Shown: piece by piece, positions 1-7,238 of the stretch
How positions within the stretch are numbered: position 1 is the stretch's first letter
How the letters are laid out: each line of letters starts with the position of its first letter
Origin: a bacterium
GTDB lineage: Bacteria; Arandabacterota; Arandabacteria; Arandabacterales; JALGWA01
Reading direction: 5' to 3'
NCBI GenBank assembly: GCA_050125095.1
Contig: JASFEA010000100.1
Coordinates: forward strand, 1 to 11,380
DNA length: 11,380 nucleotides
Made by a program: the position numbers and the translations under genes
Notes under the pieces: generated by a model
The model's database searches: none
Seen by the model: only the letters and a program-made list of their open reading frames with translations
Told to the model about the DNA's origin: nothing

Positions 1-525
1 GATCTTCTCCTCAATCGTGTAGTCGCCCTCTTTGAGGCCGGAGATTTTTCCCTTCATCCCGGGCGGCACCATGACCTTGTGAACGACCAGCACGGTCTCG
101 TCGACTGTGCCGATGATGTCGCCCTCGCTGACCTCGTCCCCGTCCTTCACCGTGGGAACGAAATGCCACTTCCTGGTTTTGTCGAGCGCGGGAACGTCGA
201 CGCCCCGCGTAATGTAGTCCCCTACCTCTTCTCGTATAACGTCGAGCGGGCGCTGAATGCCATCGTATATGGCCTCTATAAGGCCCGGGCCGAGGTCCAC
301 CGAAAGCGGGGCCCCGGTTGGATAGACGGGCTCGCCCGGACCGATGCCCCCGGTTTCCTCATATACCTGAATTGAAGCCTGGTCGCCTTCGAGCTCGATG
401 ATCTCCCCGATGAGCCTCTGGTCACTCACCCTCACCACGTCATACATCTTGCTGCCCCTCATCCCCTCGGCAACCACAAGCGGGCCGGCAACCTTCACGA
501 TTCGTCCTGGCTTCAGCTCTTCCAC
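1..525 (-). CDS. ntpA: V/A-type ATP synthase subunit A, N-terminal 175 aa (3' truncated by the window edge; absent from the ORF track)
   Basis: Manual translation from GTG at 525 gives MEELKPGRIVKVAGPLVVAEGMRGSKMYDVVRVSDQRLIGEIIELEGDQASIQVYEETGGIGPGEPVYPTGAPLSVDLGPGLIEAIYDGIQRPLD...EGDYTIEEKI. The IQVYEET and YDGIQRPL motifs are typical of subunit A. SD GGAGGT (536-531) lies 5 nt upstream, and the gene directly follows subunit F. Confidence 0.97.
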   Translation of the reverse strand, partial: MEELKPGRIVKVAGPLVVAEGMRGSKMYDVVRVSDQRLIGEIIELEGDQASIQVYEETGGIGPGEPVYPTGAPLSVDLGPGLIEAIYDGIQRPLDVIREEVGDYITRGVDVPALDKTRKWHFVPTVKDGDEVSEGDIIGTVDETVLVVHKVMVPPGMKGKISGLKEGDYTIEEKI

Positions 526-543
526 GGAAGACCTCCCATTTTC

Positions 544-870
544 CTATTCAATCTTGAGTATGTCGGCGCCCAGCGCGTTCTTTAAGATTCTCGACAGTTT
601 CCGGAGCCCGATCTTCCTGGACCCGGCGCTCGACGGGACGAGCACGACGCTGGGAAGACTCTCCGCGGCCGATTCGGCTATGATGTCCGCCACGGATTCA
701 TTTATGTCCTCGGTTACGAATATCACCGCATGTTCTTTCTTTTTTACCAGGCTGCCGAGCGTTTCCCTGGCCTCGTCCGGAGTCGCCACCGGAAACGCGG
801 ATATGCCGAGCCCCTCGAAGGCGACCACGGTCGCCCTCTCACCCACGAAAGCGAGCTTGCTAGAAGGCAT
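544..870 (-). CDS. ntpF: V/A-type ATP synthase subunit F (E. hirae NtpG equivalent)
   Basis: 108 aa with KLAFVGERATVVAFEGLG, AVIFVTE, PSVVLVPS and C-terminal ALGADIL. It sits between C and A, and its start overlaps the end of C by 11 nt. Confidence 0.93.
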   Translation of the reverse strand: MPSSKLAFVGERATVVAFEGLGISAFPVATPDEARETLGSLVKKKEHAVIFVTEDINESVADIIAESAAESLPSVVLVPSSAGSRKIGLRKLSRILKNALGADILKIE

Positions 871-1885
871 CGGGTATACGCTCCTTTATGGATTCCGCGG
901 GCATGTCTTTTTCCTTTGCAGCCAGAATCAGTCTCAATGTCTTTATCTCGCTCTTCTTCATGAGCGCATAAGCCATCACTATCTCGAAACCGAACGTGAA
1001 GTACTTGGAGAGTTTCAGGAATGAGACTATGTGGTTGTCGATTTCCCTTTCAAGCGGCACGAAGGACCCGCTGGCAGAGAGCGCCGCCCACCCCTTCTCG
1101 ATCAGGGGCCTGTACGGGCTGAACTGGAAGCGCGCCAGGACCTCTTCGATGGGGAGTTGAAACGTCGCCGTGAGGGCATCGAGGTTGGCGCTGCCTCCCG
1201 GGTAGAGGAGGCGCTCCAGCACGCGCGGCTCGAGCTCGATGTTCCTCGCGCGGAGAAACGTCCTTATATTCGCAAGATCTATCTTCACCTGCATGAGCGT
1301 CCTCAAGTACGGCACGTTGTGATCCCCCGCGACCTTGAGGAAATGCGCGAACATGACTCCGTCGACGGCCGTATCGACCTCGGCAGGGTCCGACGTTTCC
1401 GCCCATGCCGCGATGCCGCGAGCCGCGGCTTCGTTAAGCGGCGCCGGGATGCGCTCCGGGGTCTCGCCTTCTATGAGCTGCTTGATCTCGAGCACGGGGT
1501 ACTTGCCGAGATCCATGTACAGGAGCGACAGGTCCCGGCCCGCGAAGGACTCGCGGAGCAGCACCTTGAGATTGTTGAAGTCGTATTCGAGCCTGAGGAC
1601 ATCGCTCAGCGGCTCATCCAGCGAGAGAGAGTCCACGAGCCGGAGCGCCCTGGCCTCCTCGTTCCTCAAGAAGGCCTCGTACCCGACCTCTTCGATCTCC
1701 TCGAGATGCTCACCGTAGGCCGTATCCGCGAGAAGCCTCATACACTCCTCCACGTCCTTCGCCTCGGCGAGCCGCTCCATGCGCTGTTTGCCGATGAGCT
1801 TGAGCTCGAGGGCGCGCACGCGCCCGGAGGCGAAAGCGTACCTCGCGTCATGGCTCGATATGGAATGCGCGTGTAAGTACCTCAT
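860..1885 (-). CDS. ntpC: V/A-type ATP synthase subunit C (d)
   Basis: 341 aa with YAFASGRVRALELKLI, YDFNNLKVLLR, IDLANIRTFLR and EIKTLRLIL motifs. It sits between E and F. Confidence 0.95.
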   Translation of the reverse strand: MRYLHAHSISSHDARYAFASGRVRALELKLIGKQRMERLAEAKDVEECMRLLADTAYGEHLEEIEEVGYEAFLRNEEARALRLVDSLSLDEPLSDVLRLEYDFNNLKVLLRESFAGRDLSLLYMDLGKYPVLEIKQLIEGETPERIPAPLNEAAARGIAAWAETSDPAEVDTAVDGVMFAHFLKVAGDHNVPYLRTLMQVKIDLANIRTFLRARNIELEPRVLERLLYPGGSANLDALTATFQLPIEEVLARFQFSPYRPLIEKGWAALSASGSFVPLEREIDNHIVSFLKLSKYFTFGFEIVMAYALMKKSEIKTLRLILAAKEKDMPAESIKERIPDAF

Positions 1886-1891
1886 CCGTAC

Positions 1892-2506
1892 CTATTGGGC
1901 CTCCTTGAAGAGCGCGTTGGAAATCTCGAGCTCGGCGTCGTCCCTCATCTCGGCGATCATGGCCTCGAAGGTGACATTGGTCTCCTTCCGGCCGCTCCTT
2001 AAGACGAAGCCGCCCTTCATGGGTCTTGTGTCATCCGCGACCTTCACTTCACCTTTAAGCCCCTTGGCTCTGAGTTCCTTGTTGAGCCCGGCGAGGAAGT
2101 CGCCGCCTATCCCCTTCTTATCCTCCGGGGATAGCACGATCTCCTCGTCGCCCGTGACGATCACCTTGAGGAGAAGCGACCTGGTGAGCGAATACCCGCT
2201 TTCGAGGTCCTTAACCCGCAGCTCCTTCATGGCCTTCTCGAAGGCCTGGTCCATGAAGGTGCCCCTCTCTCCCAGAATGGCCTTGCGGGCGTCGAGTTCG
2301 CGTATGCTGATCTGCCTGCGGATGTGTTCTTTGGCTTCGGCCGCGGCGCGCGCCTCAGCGCGTTTCGTGATTTCCGCGGCCCTCTCCCGGGCCTCACCGG
2401 TGATCGTATCCGCCTCGGCCTTGCCTTCGGTGACTATCTTCCGCGCTTCCTCTTCGGCGTCCTTTATTATGCGGTCTCTCAGTTTCTGTGCTTTGCCTTG
2501 CTCCAT
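1892..2506 (-). CDS. ntpE: V/A-type ATP synthase subunit E (peripheral stalk)
   Basis: 204 aa with an N-terminal Ala/Glu/Lys-rich coiled coil and a C-terminal MKGGFVLRSGRKETNVTFE motif. GGAG SD upstream; position between K and C. Confidence 0.94.
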   Translation of the reverse strand: MEQGKAQKLRDRIIKDAEEEARKIVTEGKAEADTITGEARERAAEITKRAEARAAAEAKEHIRRQISIRELDARKAILGERGTFMDQAFEKAMKELRVKDLESGYSLTRSLLLKVIVTGDEEIVLSPEDKKGIGGDFLAGLNKELRAKGLKGEVKVADDTRPMKGGFVLRSGRKETNVTFEAMIAEMRDDAELEISNALFKEAQ

Positions 2507-2534
2507 AAGCTATGGCTCCAAGAGTTCTTACGGT

Positions 2535-3029
<495 letters not shown>

Positions 3030-3044
3030 CTATGTTCCTGAGTT

Positions 3045-5030
3045 TCAGTTCTCTTCTTCTACCAATCTCGTGAATTTGAGCTCTTTCTTAAACGGCTTGA
3101 AGGGTCTTCCACCTCCTTCGAAGAACTTGGGATAGAACTCCACATATTGCAGACGCGCCGAGTGGACGAAGCCGCCAAGCGCGTTCACGGCGAGATTGAA
3201 TGCGTGGCCGCCTATAAGCACGGCGATCATGGCCGGGTAGCCCACAAAGGGTATGCCTTTGGCCATGCCCGCGACGACGTTTATAACCATGCCGATGCCG
3301 CCGGTCGCGAGACCCAGTGCAAGCAGCCTGGTATACGAGAGCACGTCACCCAGGTAACCCGTGATGCCGTAGAGGTTATAGAACCCCCAGGCGAGCCTCG
3401 CGCCCGGGCTCTTGGAGGCCCTGTAAGAAAGCGCGATGATGCCCAGAGCCGCCGCCATGGCCGCGTACTTAAACACCGGGTTGTAGCCGGGCGGCACCAC
3501 TCCCATTCTGGAAAGCGCGTAGAGTACCAGCGACCATAGCAGCACTATCCAGGTCAGCTGGTCGAATACGGCTGCCATGAAATCCCTGTGCCTCAGGTTC
3601 TCCACCATGGCGATAATGAGCCCGAAGGTGACCTGGATGAATCCCAGAACGAGGGCGAGACCGAACATGGTCATGGGGCTCTCGAAGGGGTCGAAGAGCA
3701 TCAGCGACCTTCGCATGCTGCTGACCCAGCCCAGCCATGACGGTATGGTATCGTCATTGAGACCGAACCAGCCGCCGGTGAGGGCGCCCATGAAAATGGT
3801 GAAGAGTCCGCCTATGAAAAGCAGCCAGAGCAGCTTGCGCCCGCCCTTCAGGTACTTCATCAGAACCAGCGAAAGCACCGCGAGCACGATGCCGTAACCC
3901 GCGTCGGTAAGGCAGAACCCGAAGAAGAGCGCGAAGAACGGCGCCGTCAGCGGAGTGGGGTCCACCTCCCTGGCCTGCGGCATGCCGTACATCTCGGTAA
4001 TTACCTCGAAGGGCCAGAAGGACTTCCTGTTCTTGAGCGCGATCGGCGGGTCTTCGCCTTCCTCCGGCGAGATCTTGATGACTTCCACGTCATTTATATG
4101 CTGGTCGAGGTCCCTGACGAGGGCGTCGAAGTCGCGCTCGGCTATCCAGCCTTCGAGCACTCCGGCCTGCCGGGTTGAACCGATTAGGCCGTTGGCATGA
4201 GACCTCATGGCCTCCTGGGAGTAGTAATCGTAGGCCAGCATGAGCTTGGGCTTGTTGTGTACTATATTCTTGCCCTTCTCAACTATCTTCTTAAGGCTCG
4301 CCTCTATCTGGTTTACTTCGTCTCTCGCCTCGGCCACCCTGTCCTTTGCATAGCCGGTGTACCCTTCGAATGTCTGGGCGTCGAAGTCATTGTGCCTCAG
4401 CACGTCCTGTACGGAGTCCTCTTCCGACCTGTGGTAGAAGACAACGAGGTAGGCGTGGGATTCGGTTCTCTTTACGACCTCTATGTCAGCCGTCTCGCTC
4501 ACCTGCTTGAGCTGCGCGAGAAGGTCCTCCGGCGTCCTGCCGCCGCCTATGAGGCCCGCCGCGATGCCGGCCTGGCCGCGGGCCGCAAGGTCCTCGAGCG
4601 GAGCGTCGACTTGGACCCACGGGAGGAGCTTCTCGATATCGTTCTCCCGGTGGCCGCGCCGCTGGCGGAGGTCGTTCCGCTCGTTTTCAATCTCCATGAC
4701 GGCATTGAGGACGCTCTGGTAGTCGAACTCCTCCACGGTGGTCCTGAATTCGTCTTTATTGATGAGGAGCTTTCCGCCGCCCAGGCCGCCGAACATGCCG
4801 CCGCTTTCCTCGAATTCGGCAAGATCGTCGATGGCCCGCTTGAGGTCGGCGGCGATTCTCTCGGCGTCGCCGCCGGCCCCCATCTCGGAGGTCTCGAGGT
4901 CGTCGGCAAGCACGGTTTCCTTGAGGTCGAGAATCTGTACCTTGCCGCGGTCCTGGAGGTATGTGAGGAGGGCGTCCCTCTCGCCGATGGGGAAGAACAC
5001 CGCGATTTTCTGCATGGGGGTGAGAGCCAT
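3045..5030 (-). CDS. ntpI: V/A-type ATP synthase subunit I (a)
   Basis: 661 aa with a soluble N-terminal half followed by multiple TMs. Motifs: MYGMP..REVDPTP..APFFALFFGFCLTDAGYG, GDVLSYTRLLALGLA (essential Arg) and HSARLQYVEFYPKFFEGGGRPFKPF. Confidence 0.97.
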   Translation of the reverse strand: MALTPMQKIAVFFPIGERDALLTYLQDRGKVQILDLKETVLADDLETSEMGAGGDAERIAADLKRAIDDLAEFEESGGMFGGLGGGKLLINKDEFRTTVEEFDYQSVLNAVMEIENERNDLRQRRGHRENDIEKLLPWVQVDAPLEDLAARGQAGIAAGLIGGGRTPEDLLAQLKQVSETADIEVVKRTESHAYLVVFYHRSEEDSVQDVLRHNDFDAQTFEGYTGYAKDRVAEARDEVNQIEASLKKIVEKGKNIVHNKPKLMLAYDYYSQEAMRSHANGLIGSTRQAGVLEGWIAERDFDALVRDLDQHINDVEVIKISPEEGEDPPIALKNRKSFWPFEVITEMYGMPQAREVDPTPLTAPFFALFFGFCLTDAGYGIVLAVLSLVLMKYLKGGRKLLWLLFIGGLFTIFMGALTGGWFGLNDDTIPSWLGWVSSMRRSLMLFDPFESPMTMFGLALVLGFIQVTFGLIIAMVENLRHRDFMAAVFDQLTWIVLLWSLVLYALSRMGVVPPGYNPVFKYAAMAAALGIIALSYRASKSPGARLAWGFYNLYGITGYLGDVLSYTRLLALGLATGGIGMVINVVAGMAKGIPFVGYPAMIAVLIGGHAFNLAVNALGGFVHSARLQYVEFYPKFFEGGGRPFKPFKKELKFTRLVEEEN

Positions 5031-5034
5031 TAAT

Positions 5035-5346
5035 CTAACCCGTCATCTTGTTGATAATGATCTCGACGGCCTTGTCCACTCTGCTGGAGGCCTCGGCGCG
5101 AACGGCCTCGACGTCTCTGGCTTCGCGCGCCGCGATTTCCTCCACCTTGCCGGCGGCATCCTGCCTGGCCTTATCCAGAGCCGCCTTGACGATGCCCTTG
5201 CCCCCGGCTTCCGCGTCCTGGATTATCTTGCGCGCATCGTCCTTGGCCCTCGCGATGATCTCGGCTTTCTGCTTCCTGGCATCCTCGACGATGCCCGCCG
5301 CCTTCGCTTCGGTGTCTTTAATGCCGTCTATGATGTCCTTAACCAT
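5035..5346 (-). CDS. atpH: V/A-type ATP synthase subunit G/H (peripheral stalk partner of E)
   Basis: 103 aa Ala/Lys/Glu-rich coiled coil (IIDGIKDTEAKAAGIVEDARKQKAEII...VDKAVEIII). It is the first gene of the operon, 4 nt upstream of subunit I. Confidence 0.88.
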   Translation of the reverse strand: MVKDIIDGIKDTEAKAAGIVEDARKQKAEIIARAKDDARKIIQDAEAGGKGIVKAALDKARQDAAGKVEEIAAREARDVEAVRAEASSRVDKAVEIIINKMTG

Positions 5347-5427
5347 AGCCTTCCCCTGCAGACTGCTTGATAGAGTCCGGGTTAAATATCTTTAAGAGAG
5401 AACGGTGTTTACGAAGTAAGCCCACTA

Positions 5428-5456
5428 TTTTTACTACGCCCTCCTGTCTATGTCAA
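5428..5456 (-). promoter_or_regulatory. Putative sigma70 promoter of the V-ATPase operon
   Basis: Minus strand reads TTGACA (5456-5451), a 17-nt spacer, then TAAAAA (5433-5428). The -35 is perfect and the -10 matches 4/6. About 80 nt upstream of the first start codon. Confidence 0.65.
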
Positions 5457-5600
5457 GCTATTATGGGCCGGCCAGGCGCCGCGAATATGAGCAATCAGGG
5501 GGTCTCGGGGGCGAGGTGTTTCCGGCCCGACGGGTAACGTGCCCGCAGCCGCGTTTCGCGCCCGGATGGATTTTCTCTTAAATCCCATTAATTACCGGGG

Positions 5601-5628
5601 TTGACATGTGCCGACTTGTGGGTAGAAT
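5601..5628 (+). promoter_or_regulatory. Putative sigma70 promoter of the porin-symporter unit
   Basis: TTGACA (5601-5606), a 16-nt spacer, then TAGAAT (5623-5628, 5/6 match). An AT-rich tract at 5570-5594 resembles an UP element. Confidence 0.75.
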
Positions 5629-5651
5629 GCGTAAGTACGGTGATAAACAGG

Positions 5652-7085
5652 ATGAGACAAGACACTTACGCAATCTTAACCGTACTTCTCATCACGCTTG
5701 TTGTCATCACGCGGCCCGGCCTCGCAGGAGGATCCCGGGCCGTTCCTCTAGTTGCCCCCGTCACCAGGACGTGGACTATTGATCCGGACTCGACCGCCCG
5801 CATGGGCCTCAAACCCGGTCTCGCGCTTCGGCTCAGGTTTGTCGAGACCGAGAACATCATCGGCCTCGGGGCGCCGCAGTTCCCTACGGCCATGGATGCG
5901 ACGAGGATAAGGGCGCAGATATGGGCCGACGCGTGGTTTACCCCTCATGTCCGGGGCCGGTTGCAATTCAATCACGAGCGCATTGACTTCGAGCACTGCG
6001 ATACATGCAACGACAAGGGGAACGAAATAGTCATCGAGAACCTCTACATCGAGGCGTTCGACATCGGCGGCGCCCCGGTGGGGATGCGCATCGGCCGCCA
6101 GAACCTCTTCTACGGCGACGGCCTCGTCATATGCGACGGCACGCCGCTGGACGGCTCGCGCACGCTCTACGTCAATGCGGCCCTGCTCACATTCGCCGTA
6201 CCGCAGTGGGCCGTGGACATCTTCGCCGGCTTTAACCAGGAGAAGGAAGACCTTCTGCCCGCTATCGACGACGAGGGCATGCAGCTGGTGGAAGCAGACG
6301 AATGCCTCATGGGTATATACGCCAGGACCATGCCTTACCGCGGTGAGCAGAGGTCTTTTACCTTCGAGCCGTACTTCATCATAAAGCGCGAGCGCGAGGA
6401 GAGATGGCAGGACCGCATCAGCACTATCGGAGGCAGGATAGTGGTCCCCAGGGAATACATGGAGCTCCGCGCCGAAGCGGCTTACCAGACGGGCCACCTC
6501 CACCACGACTACAGCACATCGGGAGACCAGGAGGCCAAGAACATATCTGCCTTCGGGGGCACCGCATACCTGGACTTCATGATTAAGAAGTACTGGAATC
6601 TCAAGGTCGGCGCGGGCTACGTATACCTTGCGGGCGACAATCTCAAGACCCACGGCAAGTCCGAGGGGTGGAATCCGGTCCTCGGCAGGTGGCCGCAGTG
6701 GAGCGAGCTTTACATATATACGCTCATACCCGAGGCGGGAGTGGCCTACTGGCAGAACGTCAAGTTCCCGCTGGTCGAGGTCAGGTTGGAACCATACAGG
6801 GGGTTTGTATTTGACGCACGGGTGATGTGGATGTACGCCAACAGGGCCGACCCACTGGCATGCATTCCGCCGGATACGCAGTTCGACGAACCATTATATA
6901 TGAAGCGCGGCAATCTCTACGCGCTCAAGTTTTCGTACCGGGTGGGAGAGCACCTGTCCGGGCACCTGCTCTACGAGCACTTTTCGCCCGGCGGTTACTA
7001 CAATTGGCTGTGGGATATGTGCAGTATAACCGGAGATCCACGGGCGGCTGACCTGCTGAGATTCCAGGTCAGTTTCAACATGTAG
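5652..7085 (+). CDS. Alginate export family-like (AlgE-like) outer-membrane beta-barrel protein, 477 aa
   Basis: ATG 5652 gives a signal peptide (MRQDTYAILTVLLITLVVITRPGLA). Also RIGRQNLFYGDGLVI, LRAEAAYQTG, GAGYVYLAGD, many amphipathic strands and a C-terminal strand LLRFQVSFNM. The ORF-track TTG start at 5601 is the -35 box. The substrate is unknown. Confidence 0.75.
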   Translation: MRQDTYAILTVLLITLVVITRPGLAGGSRAVPLVAPVTRTWTIDPDSTARMGLKPGLALRLRFVETENIIGLGAPQFPTAMDATRIRAQIWADAWFTPHVRGRLQFNHERIDFEHCDTCNDKGNEIVIENLYIEAFDIGGAPVGMRIGRQNLFYGDGLVICDGTPLDGSRTLYVNAALLTFAVPQWAVDIFAGFNQEKEDLLPAIDDEGMQLVEADECLMGIYARTMPYRGEQRSFTFEPYFIIKREREERWQDRISTIGGRIVVPREYMELRAEAAYQTGHLHHDYSTSGDQEAKNISAFGGTAYLDFMIKKYWNLKVGAGYVYLAGDNLKTHGKSEGWNPVLGRWPQWSELYIYTLIPEAGVAYWQNVKFPLVEVRLEPYRGFVFDARVMWMYANRADPLACIPPDTQFDEPLYMKRGNLYALKFSYRVGEHLSGHLLYEHFSPGGYYNWLWDMCSITGDPRAADLLRFQVSFNM

Positions 7086-7102
7086 TTTGCAGGAGGGACT
7101 CG

Positions 7103-7219
7103 ATGGCGCCTTACGGACTGCCGTGGTCCACTTTCTCCGCTCTCATCGTCACGCTTCTAAGCATAGGCATATCTGTAGTCTGGGCGATTGTCGACGCCCG
7201 GAGGGACAGGGGCGCATGA
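7103..7219 (+). CDS. Small single-TM membrane protein (38 aa), probable symporter accessory subunit
   Basis: MAPYGLPWSTFSALIVTLLSIGISVVWAIVDARRDRGA*. SD AGGAGG at 7091-7096 is 6 nt before the ATG. One hydrophobic helix plus a basic tail, filling the gap directly upstream of the SSS gene. Confidence 0.8.
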   Translation: MAPYGLPWSTFSALIVTLLSIGISVVWAIVDARRDRGA

Positions 7220-7238
7220 CGGGCGCCCGCGGGGACTG

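Noticed and set aside
513..539. ATG at 539 as the subunit A start
   Set aside because: It is out of frame and stops after 8 codons (MGGLPWKS*). GTG 525 has the SD and the correct frame.
5521..5566. Possible three-way junction (TCCGG/CCGGA enclosing two small hairpins)
   Set aside because: Short GC-rich stems are expected by chance, and the region lies between the outward-facing promoters, so it is probably untranscribed.
5601..5651. ORF-track TTG start for the barrel protein
   Set aside because: The TTG is part of the -35 box and lies upstream of the predicted TSS. ATG 5652 gives a proper signal peptide.
5994..6008. HCDTC in the barrel as a heme c binding site
   Set aside because: Heme c attachment needs CxxCH; here the residue after the second Cys is Asn.
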